This document shows, in pieces, positions 10,278 to 18,617 of a stretch of 64,000 nt of DNA. Every line of letters begins with the position of its first letter. Position 1 is the stretch's first letter. The notes under the pieces were generated by a model. It was given only the letters and a program-made list of their open reading frames with translations, was not told the DNA's origin and made no database searches. The stretch is from Dehalococcoidia bacterium. GTDB taxonomy: Bacteria > Chloroflexota > Dehalococcoidia > Plut-88900. Location of the stretch: the NCBI GenBank assembly GCA_965207225.1, contig CBDBLV010000005.1:1792001-1856000 (forward strand), given 5' to 3'. The translations under genes were made by a program, and so were the position numbers.

Positions 10278-11078
10278 ATGGCGTTGGTGGACTTTAGGGA
10301 GTCAATGTTCTCCCTGCGAAAGGGAAAGTTCGATATCCAGATGGTCGATGGCGGCTCGGGCCCCGACCTCCTCTACCTCCACGGCGAACAGGGCTTCTCT
10401 GGCTGGGCACCTTTCCTCGACTCCCTCGCCGAGACCTTCCACGTCTACGCTCCCGCCCACCCGGGCGTCGGCGATTCCGTTGGCCTGGAAGGGCTTGACG
10501 ACCTTTGGGACCTCGTCCTCTTCTACGAAGAGTTGATGACTGCGTTGGGAATCGAAGGCGCAGCCGTCATCGGCCACTCCTACGGCGGCATGGTGGCCGC
10601 GGAGCTGGCGGCCCACCGCAAGGGCCTTGTGTCCCGGATGGCGCTCGTTTCCTCCCTGGGCCTGTGGCTCGACGAATCCCCCACCCTCGACTTCTTCACC
10701 CTCACCCCTTCCGAGGAAGCCAGGACCTTCTGGTTCGACCCCGAGTACCAGGCCGCAAAATCAACCTTTGTCATGCCCGACGACCCCGAAGCCCGGCAAG
10801 AGGCCATGATCGAACGGGCCAAGACCCTCTCCTCCATCGGTAAGTTCATCTGGCCCATACCCGACCGCGGCCTGCCGAAACGGGCCCACCGCATTGATGT
10901 CCCGACCCTCCTTGTTTGGGGAGACTCCGATGCCGTCGTCCCGCCCGAGTACGCCGAGGCATTCCGCACCCTCATTCCCGGCGCCGAGCTCGACATCATT
11001 GACAACTGCGGCCACCTGCCCCAATACGAACGCCCCGACCGATTCGTCATTTCCGTCGCTTCGTTCCTGAGCCGCTAG
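10278..11078 (+). CDS. Alpha/beta fold hydrolase
   Basis: LHG, GHSYGG nucleophile elbow, WG.SD, CGH. Confidence 0.9.
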   Translation: MALVDFRESMFSLRKGKFDIQMVDGGSGPDLLYLHGEQGFSGWAPFLDSLAETFHVYAPAHPGVGDSVGLEGLDDLWDLVLFYEELMTALGIEGAAVIGHSYGGMVAAELAAHRKGLVSRMALVSSLGLWLDESPTLDFFTLTPSEEARTFWFDPEYQAAKSTFVMPDDPEARQEAMIERAKTLSSIGKFIWPIPDRGLPKRAHRIDVPTLLVWGDSDAVVPPEYAEAFRTLIPGAELDIIDNCGHLPQYERPDRFVISVASFLSR

Positions 11079-11095
11079 ACCCAAGGAGATTCAGA

Positions 11096-12217
11096 ATGGG
11101 CAGCTACCAGGTAATTTCCTCCGATTCACACATCATGGAGACCCCTGACCTCTGGTCGGAGAGGATAGATAGCCGGTTCAGGGAGAGGGCCCCCAGGGTC
11201 GTTTCGGAGGAGAATGGCGACTGGTGGTACATAGACGGCCACCGCACCAACTCCTTCCAGGGCGGTTCTTTCGCCGGTGTGCGGTTCGATAGGCCGGAAG
11301 ACCTCAAAATGTACGCTCGCTGGGAGGAAGTGAGACCCGGGGCCTTCAGCGTGGACGCAAGGCTCAAAGATCTGGACGTGGATGGCGTCGACGGTGAAGT
11401 TCTATACCCTACCGAGGGCCTGCTGGTCTACAACGCCGGTGACCCGGAGCTATTGACGGCAGTTTGCACCGCGTACAACGACGCCATAGCCGAGTTTTGC
11501 AGCCCCGCTCCCGACCGCCTCAAGGGCATCGCCATGATCAACGTCGATGATATCGATAGTGCGGTCAAGGAGATGCACAGGAGCCGCAGGATGGGATTGG
11601 TCGGGGCCATGATTACCGTCTACCCCCCCGAGGACAAGTCCTACGACCGGCCCGAGTACGAACCCTTCTGGTCTGCAGCAGAGGAGTTGGGAATGCCCCT
11701 CAGCCTCCACGTAGCCACCGGGAGGCCGGGGCCCGGGCAGGAGTTCCAGGACCCGACCAACGTCCGCCCCGCATTCTTCGCCACCGCCGACTACTGGGTC
11801 CGGGTCTCCCTCGCCCACATGGTCTTCTCCGGAGTCTTCGAGCGACACCCCGACCTGAAAGTCATATCGGTCGAACACGAGGTTGCATGGGCACCCTTTT
11901 TCATTGAGCTTCTGGACTACACCTACACCCAGCGCGCCCACCGGGGCCCGGGCTGGGACCGCTTCAAGGCGGGTGTCTTGCCCAGCCACTTCTTCCGCTC
12001 CAACATCCTCATCAGCTTCCAGGAAGACGGCCGCGGCATCAAGGACCGCGACGCCATAGGCGTCGACAATCTCATGTGGGGCTCCGACTATCCCCACACC
12101 GAGTCAACCTTCCCCAGGTCCCGCCAGATCCTCGACGAAATCCTCGCCGGCGTCCCCGACGACGAAAAGGCCAAAATCGCCGGCGGCAACGCCGCCCGAC
12201 TCTACAACTTCAACTAA
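11096..12217 (+). CDS. Amidohydrolase_2 family protein
   Basis: ISSDSH, D.D.DGVD.EVLYP, SLH, GVFERHP.LK, MWGSDYPH. Confidence 0.92.
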   Translation: MGSYQVISSDSHIMETPDLWSERIDSRFRERAPRVVSEENGDWWYIDGHRTNSFQGGSFAGVRFDRPEDLKMYARWEEVRPGAFSVDARLKDLDVDGVDGEVLYPTEGLLVYNAGDPELLTAVCTAYNDAIAEFCSPAPDRLKGIAMINVDDIDSAVKEMHRSRRMGLVGAMITVYPPEDKSYDRPEYEPFWSAAEELGMPLSLHVATGRPGPGQEFQDPTNVRPAFFATADYWVRVSLAHMVFSGVFERHPDLKVISVEHEVAWAPFFIELLDYTYTQRAHRGPGWDRFKAGVLPSHFFRSNILISFQEDGRGIKDRDAIGVDNLMWGSDYPHTESTFPRSRQILDEILAGVPDDEKAKIAGGNAARLYNFN

Positions 12218-12225
12218 CCCTCCTC

Positions 12226-12296
12226 CTCTCCCTTACAGGCCCTAAGAGCCTGCCCCGAGTCCCTCGAGGGGGAGAGGGGGACCAAGGGGCTGAGAG
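12226..12296 (+). repeat. CCTCTCCC/GGGAGAGG hairpin element, copy A, with nested ~23-bp insertion
   Basis: CCTCTCCCTTACAGGCCCTAAG[agcctgccccgagtccctcgagg]GGAGAGGGGGACCAAGGGGCTGAG matches the 13.9 kb and 24.65 kb copies apart from the bracketed insert. Confidence 0.8.
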
Positions 12297-12347
12297 CTCC
12301 CCCTGGGGGCCGGGGGAAAAATCTCCCCGAAATGCTCCCAAAGCCTC

Positions 12348-12375
12348 TTGACTACTGCCATATACGTTCTATACT
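12348..12375 (+). promoter_or_regulatory. Putative sigma70 promoter of orphan ORF
   Basis: TTGACT-N16-TATACT ending 14 bp before ATG 12390; GTTC motifs flank the -10. Confidence 0.55.
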
Positions 12376-12389
12376 AACGTTCAGACCTA

Positions 12390-13727
12390 ATGTCTACATC
12401 CAAACTTCACAACAAGACCTTGTCAAACAGGGGGCCCGCCAGAACGGGCCCCTGCCGCCCCCAAAAAGGGGCGCCTGCTCAAGAGGCGGTTGGTCTCCTC
12501 AAGCCCGACCCCCTCGCGGATGCCCGCGGCCGCAGACCGCGGAAGAACCCCCGTACCCGGGCCGCCTGCCAGGGTGCGGATGCCTGCGGCACTGAGCCGC
12601 GGAAGAATGCCCGCTCCGCCTCACCGGGCGTAGAAGCGGATGCCTGCGGCACCGGGCCGCGGAAGAGTCCCCACTCCGCCTTACCGGGCGTAGAAGCGGA
12701 TGCCTGCGGCACCGGGCCGCGGAAGAACCCCCGCTCCGCCTTACCGGGTGTAGAAGCGGATGCCTGCGGTGCTGCGCCGCGGAAGAGTCCCCGTACCCAG
12801 GCCACCTACCAGGGCACGGATGCCCGCGGCTCCAGACCGCGGAAGACTTCCCGCCCCGTCGGGCGCGGCCGAAGGCCCAGGGGCCGACGCCCCAACCGAC
12901 GCCGCTCCCTGTCCCATGTCCCCGCCTCCCTGCCCCGATTGTCTACCGACAGCCCGGACATCGGAGGCGAAATCGCCCTCCTCCGCTCGTTGACCAACCG
13001 CCTCTTGAGCATGCGTCCCCTCGACTACACCCAGATCAACCGATGCCTCCGACTCATCATCCGCGCTTACTCCGCCCGGGCCAAAGCCCCCAAACAGCTC
13101 ACCGACGAAGAGCAAATCGACAACCTCATCAAGAAGGTCTTCCAGGACAACGTAGACAGGGGTGACCTCGACTTCCGAGACCTCGTCCCCGTCCGCATGG
13201 CCCGGCCTGGCGACAAGTGGTGGCCCTGGAGAATGCTCCTCCCCCTGAAGGACCGCTGGCGCTACGGCCTCATCGACCCCGACGAACCCTGGCCCCAGGA
13301 AGAAAACCAAAGGCTCGCGGAGAGCGAGGCCATGCAGAAGTTCATCGCCGAAGCCTACCTCAACCCCGACTTACTCAAAGGCCTCGACACCGAAGACGAG
13401 GACCCGGACCCCGATGACGAAGACGACGACTATGACCCCGATGATGACGAACCCGACGACGATGAAGACCCCGACACCCTCCCCTCCCCCGTAGGGGTGC
13501 CCCTCGTGGGTACCCTGGACGCCACCCACATCGATACCCTCCCCTCCCCCATCTCCGTCATTCCCGACCCCGATCGGGAATCCATCCCCGGCGGTGGGGC
13601 CGCTCACGCTGAGGCCCTCGAAGTACGAGCGGGGGGAGGCCCGCATACCACCGACCCGTCACCCCATAACGAAGACCCACCCCCACCTCCCCAACCCCGC
13701 ATCGCCCGGGGCCGCCCCCCTCCCTGA
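12390..13727 (+). CDS. Hypothetical protein: basic N-terminal 20-aa repeats, helical EIALLR core, acidic tract, Pro-rich tail
   Basis: 445-aa ORF downstream of a promoter; central part has typical codon usage; ends are low complexity. Confidence 0.6.
   Translation: MSTSKLHNKTLSNRGPARTGPCRPQKGAPAQEAVGLLKPDPLADARGRRPRKNPRTRAACQGADACGTEPRKNARSASPGVEADACGTGPRKSPHSALPGVEADACGTGPRKNPRSALPGVEADACGAAPRKSPRTQATYQGTDARGSRPRKTSRPVGRGRRPRGRRPNRRRSLSHVPASLPRLSTDSPDIGGEIALLRSLTNRLLSMRPLDYTQINRCLRLIIRAYSARAKAPKQLTDEEQIDNLIKKVFQDNVDRGDLDFRDLVPVRMARPGDKWWPWRMLLPLKDRWRYGLIDPDEPWPQEENQRLAESEAMQKFIAEAYLNPDLLKGLDTEDEDPDPDDEDDDYDPDDDEPDDDEDPDTLPSPVGVPLVGTLDATHIDTLPSPISVIPDPDRESIPGGGAAHAEALEVRAGGGPHTTDPSPHNEDPPPPPQPRIARGRPPP
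12516..12847 (+). repeat. 60-bp tandem repeat, ~5.5 units
   Basis: CGGATGCC(T/C)GCGG...CCGCGGAAGA recurs every 60 bp; encodes ADACGTGPRKNPRSALPGVE variants. Confidence 0.95.
13491..13632 (+). repeat. Cluster of REP-like palindromes inside the ORF tail
   Basis: GTAGGGGTGCCCCTCGTGGGTACCC (13491), CGTCATTCCCGACCCCGATCGGGAATCCA (13556-13584), CCGCTCACGCTGAGGCCCTCGAAGTACGAGCGG (13600-13632). Confidence 0.7.
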
Positions 13728-13824
13728 CCCCCTCCGTCATCCCGCCCCCGAGCCGGCTGCAAGATGCGCCCACGGCGTGAATCCATCCTCGCCCCTTCCT
13801 TATGCGTCATCCCCTCCCTTCTCC

Positions 13825-13942
13825 CCAGTATTAAACTAGAGGCAGACGTTGGCGCTTCAGCGCCAACCTCTGCCTCTGTTCTTCCTTCCCCCTCTCCCTT
13901 AAAGGCCCTAAGGGAGAGGGGGATAAAGGGGGTGAGGGTTCC
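13825..13942 (+). repeat. ~118-bp double-hairpin element, copy B
   Basis: CAGTATTAAACTAGAGGC-hairpin-GCCTCTGTTCTT..CCCCCTCTCCCTTAAAGGCCCTAAGGGAGAGGGGG..GGGGGTGAGGGTTCC; matches reverse complement of 24635-24752. Confidence 0.9.
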
Positions 13943-14041
13943 TGTTCCTATCCCGCTCCTTAAACAATCAAACCCACGCCTGAAACCCCAAAACAATCAA
14001 AATCCCACCCCCTGCAGTAGGGGACACTCAAGGCTGCAGCG

Positions 14042-14299
14042 CTACACCCCTTCTGGCCGGCGCGCCAGCGCAGCCTCGATAGCAGACACCAGCGCCATCG
14101 CCGACTCCGGCGTCAGCTCAACGGCAACCCTAGCGCTCATCCCCCTGTCCTCGTTCATAAAGCTGATGTTCAGGGAGTGCTCCATCGGCAGGTGATAGGG
14201 GTGGTCATAGGCAACGCTGGCCTCCTTCAGCGGAAACCACCCCTGCTGCCCCTTCCCGCTCCCCGACACCGCAACCTTCTCGACAATCATCGTGCACAT
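14042..14299 (-). CDS. Small conserved protein, DUF6295-like
   Basis: MCTMI..GSGKG..GWF..YDHP.H...EH.LNI.F..ARVAVEL; GGAGA RBS before ATG 14299 (longer track ORF overlaps the upstream gene). Confidence 0.75.
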   Translation of the reverse strand: MCTMIVEKVAVSGSGKGQQGWFPLKEASVAYDHPYHLPMEHSLNISFMNEDRGMSARVAVELTPESAMALVSAIEAALARRPEGV

Positions 14300-14345
14300 G
14301 TTTCTCTCCAGCTTGGCTGAATCAGGCGTCGAACAACAGCGGCCG

Positions 14346-15101
14346 CTAGCCCAGGTGCTTCCCGAAGAACTCCCAGATCTTGCCCCAGCCATCGACTGCG
14401 TGCTCGGCGCGGTAGGCCGGGCGGTGGTAGTAGAAGAACCCGTGGCCCGCGTTCGGATACCTGTGGAACTCGTAGTCCTTGCCGTGCTTCTTAAGCTCGG
14501 CCTCGTGGATGTCCACCTGCTCCAGCGTCGGAGACTGGTCCTCCTCCCCGAACAGCCCGAGGACCGGGCACGACACGTTCGCCGTGTAGTCGATAGGCGC
14601 CACGGGGTTCTTGTCATTCAGCTGGTCGGGCGTCATCACCACCTGCCCGCCCCAGCAGTCCACCGCCGCATCAAACCCCGACTCCCGTCCCACCGTCAGC
14701 ATCACATGTCGCCCCCCGGAGCACGTCCCGAACACCCCGACCTTGCCATTGTGATAAGGCAGGGCCCTCAGTTGCCTCATTGCCCCCACTATATCCCCGA
14801 CAGCCTGGTCGTCGGGGACTCCCCCGTCTCCCCACACCCTCGCCCCCACGTCTTCCGGGTCGCCGTGACCCTCACGGTGATACAGGTTCGGAGAAATCGA
14901 TAGGTAGCCGTGGTGAGCGAACCGGCGCGTGGCCTCTCGATACCACTCGTCCCAGCCGGGCAGGTGGTGGATCAGCACCACACCCGGGAACGGCCCACTT
15001 CCCAGCGGCCGAGCAAAGTACGCGTTGATGGCATCCCCGTTGTGGCCCTGCATGGTTATGGTCTCGGCCAGCATCCCTTCGTACATATCGGTGGTATACA
15101 T
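14346..15101 (-). CDS. Dienelactone hydrolase family
   Basis: GTCSGG nucleophile, G.ED, YP.AGHGF; AGGAGG RBS. Confidence 0.92.
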   Translation of the reverse strand: MYTTDMYEGMLAETITMQGHNGDAINAYFARPLGSGPFPGVVLIHHLPGWDEWYREATRRFAHHGYLSISPNLYHREGHGDPEDVGARVWGDGGVPDDQAVGDIVGAMRQLRALPYHNGKVGVFGTCSGGRHVMLTVGRESGFDAAVDCWGGQVVMTPDQLNDKNPVAPIDYTANVSCPVLGLFGEEDQSPTLEQVDIHEAELKKHGKDYEFHRYPNAGHGFFYYHRPAYRAEHAVDGWGKIWEFFGKHLG

Positions 15102-15364
15102 GATTATCCTCCTGTTTAGCCCCTCGGCTATCTCTTTACCGGGTAGTTTGACAGTAGTGCACTTGGTCGAGCCTCTCTGCAGTCAGGCAAAGCACCGTCG
15201 ATTTTAGTGACATTTCTCCCCATGGGTTGGACTTGCGCCTCAGGGACATTCTATAGATAGCAAGGCTGCGCAACAATAAGGTAGCGAGGTGTGTGGTGGC
15301 GCAGTGTGCCTTGGACGGCTAAGATTGACACCCTGGAATCGAGGCAAATCATAAAGGCAAAACA

Positions 15365-16282
15365 TTGCAATTAGGCATGGTCGGCCTTGGCCGCATGGGC
15401 GCCAACATGGCGCTGCGCCTCATGCGAGGCGGCCACAACATAGTCGCCTATGACCCTGACCCCGATGCCGTACGCTACGTCGAAACCGAGGGCGCCGCAG
15501 GCGTCGGCTCGCTATCCGAGTTGGTAGGCTGGTTGCCCCGGCTCCGCGCCGTATGGTTGATGACCCCCGCCGGAGACCCAACCGAGACCACGGTCCGCAC
15601 CCTCTCGGAGCTCCTCTCCCCCGGAGATATCGTGGTAGACGGTGGCAACGCCTTCTATAAGGACAGCATCCGACGTTCCGGGCTCTTGAAGGAGAAGGGC
15701 ATACACTTTCTGGACGTCGGTACCAGTGGAGGAGTCTGGGGTCTCGAAGAAGGCTACTGCCTGATGGTCGGCGGCAACGAGTCCACATACAAGACCATGC
15801 TTCCTGCCCTCCAGACCCTTGCCCCAACTGGAGGTGTTGGGCTGGGGCATGTCGGGCCTGCAGGCTCGGGCCACTTCGTCAAAATGGTCCATAACGCTGT
15901 CGAATATGGCCTCATGCAAGCCTACGCCGAAGGCTTCGAATTGATGTCGGCCAGCGACAAATTCGAAATAGACCTCGAGCAAGTGGCCGAAATCTGGCGA
16001 TACGGCAGCGTAGTCCGCTCCTGGTTGCTGGACCTGACCGCCCGAGCCCTGAAGGAAGACCCGGACCTGGAAGGCATAAGGGCTTACGTAGAGGACACTG
16101 GCGAGGGTCGCTGGGCGGTCCAGGAGTCGGTCGACTTATCGGTGCCCGTACCCGTCATTGCCGCTTCGCTCCAGGCCCGCTTCCGTTCCCGGCAGGATGG
16201 GCCCCTGGGGGCCAGGCTATTGGCTGCCCTGCGCAAGGAGTTTGGTGGACACCAGGTCTTGAAGTCGAATACCGAAGGATGA
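15365..16282 (+). CDS. gnd: 6-phosphogluconate dehydrogenase, decarboxylating (short YqeC-type)
   Basis: GLGRMG, DGGN, DVGTSGG, GHFVKMVHNAVEYG, D.GEGRW, FGGH; TTG start. Confidence 0.93.
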   Translation: MQLGMVGLGRMGANMALRLMRGGHNIVAYDPDPDAVRYVETEGAAGVGSLSELVGWLPRLRAVWLMTPAGDPTETTVRTLSELLSPGDIVVDGGNAFYKDSIRRSGLLKEKGIHFLDVGTSGGVWGLEEGYCLMVGGNESTYKTMLPALQTLAPTGGVGLGHVGPAGSGHFVKMVHNAVEYGLMQAYAEGFELMSASDKFEIDLEQVAEIWRYGSVVRSWLLDLTARALKEDPDLEGIRAYVEDTGEGRWAVQESVDLSVPVPVIAASLQARFRSRQDGPLGARLLAALRKEFGGHQVLKSNTEG

Positions 16283-17703
16283 GTATGGAAGAGCTATACA
16301 GGCACACAGCCCGTCAGATGGTCGAACTTCTGCGGACAAGGCAGGTTAGCCCACTTGAAGCGATAGACGCCGCCGTGGCTCGCATCGAAGCGACCGACGG
16401 GCATTTGAACGCTCTGCCTACCCTCTGCATCGAACGGGCCCGGGAACACGCCAATAAGCTAGTTGCCCAGCCGCCCGAAGATACAGGTCGGGGCCAACTG
16501 CACGGGCTCCCCATTGCTGTGAAGGACCTGGTGGATGTTGCTGGCGTGCGTAGTACCAAGGGATCGCCCATCTACGCAGACCGGGTGCCTGACGAATCGT
16601 CCTACTCCGTAAGCATCCTTGAAGGTAACGGCGCGGTCGTGATAGGCAAGTCCAACACACCGGAGTTCGGGGCCGGCGCCAACACCTTTAACGAGGTCTT
16701 CGGCAAGACCCGAAACCCGTCGGACACCCGTATGACGTGCGGCGGCTCATCAGGCGGGTCTGCCGTAGCTTTGGCTGCGGGACAAGCGTGGCTGGCCACG
16801 GGTAGCGACCTCGGCGGGAGCCTGAGGATTCCTGCCAGCTTCTGCTCGGTAGTGGGCCTTCGCCCGAGTCCGGGCCGCGTGCCTGAGGGCCCCAAGCTTT
16901 TGCCATTCGAGACCTTGTCCGTGGATGGGCCAATGGGCCGAACGGTTGGCGACGTTGCCCTGATGCTCGACGCCGAGGCGAGACATCATCCCGGTGACCC
17001 GCTGAGCTACCCTGCTCCGGAGACGCCCTACGTTGAAGCTGTGGACAACCCGGCTCCTCCGGCCAGGATAGCCTACACCCCCGATCTAGGTATTGCTCCC
17101 GTAGCTGGTGAGGTCAAGGATCTTTGCGCCAAAGCAGTAAAGCTCTTCGAAGGCATGTCTGAAGTAGAAGAGGACACCATCGACCTGTACGATGCCCGAG
17201 ACACCTTTCAGACCCTGAGGGCTGCCCAATTCGCGGCCAACATGAGGCCGCTTCTTGAGTCTAATCGCGATCAGTTGAAGCCCGAGGTTATCTGGAACAT
17301 CGAGAAGGGCTTGGCCCTGGATCGTCGGGAGGTGGAGAACGCCCAGGCTGCCCGAGGAGCGCTTTTCCACAGGGTCACTGAGTTTTTCTCGAGATATGAC
17401 TTGCTGGTCTGCCCGACGGTCTCGGTCCTGCCTTTCGACGTTAACATTCGTTACTTGACTGAAGTGGACGGCGTGCAGATGGACAACTACGTCGACTGGC
17501 TCCTCCTGACCTTCGCTCTGACACTCACGGCTTGCCCGGCCATCTCCGTCCCCTGTGGGTTCACTAAATCGGGGCTTCCCGTCGGACTTCAGCTAGTGGG
17601 CCCCCCGAGAGGCGAAGCCTCGTTGCTTTCGGCAGCAGCGCTTTTCGAAGAGGCGGCAGGATTGGCGGCAGAGGTGCCCATCGACCCGGTTGTTAGGCAC
17701 TAA
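16279..17703 (+). CDS. Amidase signature family protein
   Basis: AVKD, GKSNTPEF, GGSSGGS, GSDLGGSLRIPAS. Confidence 0.93.
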   Translation: MSMEELYRHTARQMVELLRTRQVSPLEAIDAAVARIEATDGHLNALPTLCIERAREHANKLVAQPPEDTGRGQLHGLPIAVKDLVDVAGVRSTKGSPIYADRVPDESSYSVSILEGNGAVVIGKSNTPEFGAGANTFNEVFGKTRNPSDTRMTCGGSSGGSAVALAAGQAWLATGSDLGGSLRIPASFCSVVGLRPSPGRVPEGPKLLPFETLSVDGPMGRTVGDVALMLDAEARHHPGDPLSYPAPETPYVEAVDNPAPPARIAYTPDLGIAPVAGEVKDLCAKAVKLFEGMSEVEEDTIDLYDARDTFQTLRAAQFAANMRPLLESNRDQLKPEVIWNIEKGLALDRREVENAQAARGALFHRVTEFFSRYDLLVCPTVSVLPFDVNIRYLTEVDGVQMDNYVDWLLLTFALTLTACPAISVPCGFTKSGLPVGLQLVGPPRGEASLLSAAALFEEAAGLAAEVPIDPVVRH

Positions 17704-17706
17704 TGG

Positions 17707-17870
17707 CTAGGGGAAGACTTCTTCGTAGAGGCGGAGGAAGTTGCCGCCCATAATCCCCTCAACTTCCGAAGGGCTGAACTCCTGCTCCCGAAGGCCGTTG
17801 GTGATGTTGGGGATGTCGGCGGGGGTCTGGAACCAGGAAGGCCACTCGACTTCCTCTCCTCGCCAGTCCT
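17707..17870 (-). pseudogene. Orphan 3' fragment of an M19 membrane dipeptidase gene
   Basis: Manual minus-strand translation WPSWFQTPADIPNITNGLREQEFSPSEVEGIMGGNFLRLYEEVFP*; not in ORF track; 5' part absent. Confidence 0.7.
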
Positions 17871-18031
17871 CTGCGAGGAAGCCCTGAGAGCCAGCAAGGC
17901 AGCGTACAATCCGCGATCAAGGTCCGCTGGTCGACTACAGGGTCAATCCAAGGTCGATCACATAGGAGCTCGGTTGTGCACTTTCAACAAGGCATCTTGA
18001 CATCACCAAGACTGGGCATCAGGATAAATCC

Positions 18032-18289
18032 GTGAGAACTACGCTGATATTGGACAACGACTTGGCCGAGGCCTTGCAGGAACAAGCACGGTTGCTAGGA
18101 ATCTCCTTCAAGCAGGTGGTCAACGATACGCTGCGGCGTGGTCTTTCGCCGAAGGCACAGGAGGAAAGGCCGGTCTTTCGAGTCAGACCACTGTCTGGGG
18201 GATTTCGGCCAGGTGTTGATCCGTTGAAACTCAACCAGCTTAATGACGAGCTGGAAGTTCAGGAATTTCTGGACAAATTTAGCGGATGA
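18032..18289 (+). CDS. VapB-type ribbon-helix-helix antitoxin
   Basis: MRTTL.LD.DL...L...A...G.SFKQVVND.LRRGL; ATGA overlap with PIN gene. Confidence 0.82.
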   Translation: MRTTLILDNDLAEALQEQARLLGISFKQVVNDTLRRGLSPKAQEERPVFRVRPLSGGFRPGVDPLKLNQLNDELEVQEFLDKFSG

Positions 18290-18587
18290 TCATTCCTTAC
18301 CTAAACCTGCTGCTTTACGCGTACACCGATGATTCTCCGTTACACCACAGCTTGCCTTGGACTTCGTAGAGGAGTGGGTCCGATTCCCGCACGTGACTAC
18401 GATCAATCTTGGAAGCAGTCATTTGGACCATCTTCGGAGGGACCTTGTTGCGGCAGGTGTCGGGGGCAATCTCGTGACTGATGCCCATATCGCCGCCGTA
18501 GCCATGGAATATCAGGCAGAGGTCCATTGTAACGACGCCGACTTTAGCCGATTCCCGGGCCTTCGGTAGCGCAATCCATTTAAGTAG
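18286..18587 (+). pseudogene. vapC: VapC PIN toxin pseudogene
   Basis: MIIPYLNLLLYAY...SP.H (first Asp is Tyr), internal deletion with frameshift, then GNLVTDAHIAA.A.E...D.DFSRFPGLR*RNPF with premature TAG. Confidence 0.85.
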
Positions 18588-18617
18588 TCGAATGAGACTA
18601 GAGCCTGGTAAGTGACC

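Noticed and set aside
12516-12847. Possible CRISPR array
   Set aside because: Spacer-like segments are homologous to each other, repeats are degenerate, the period is in frame within an ORF, and no cas genes are present
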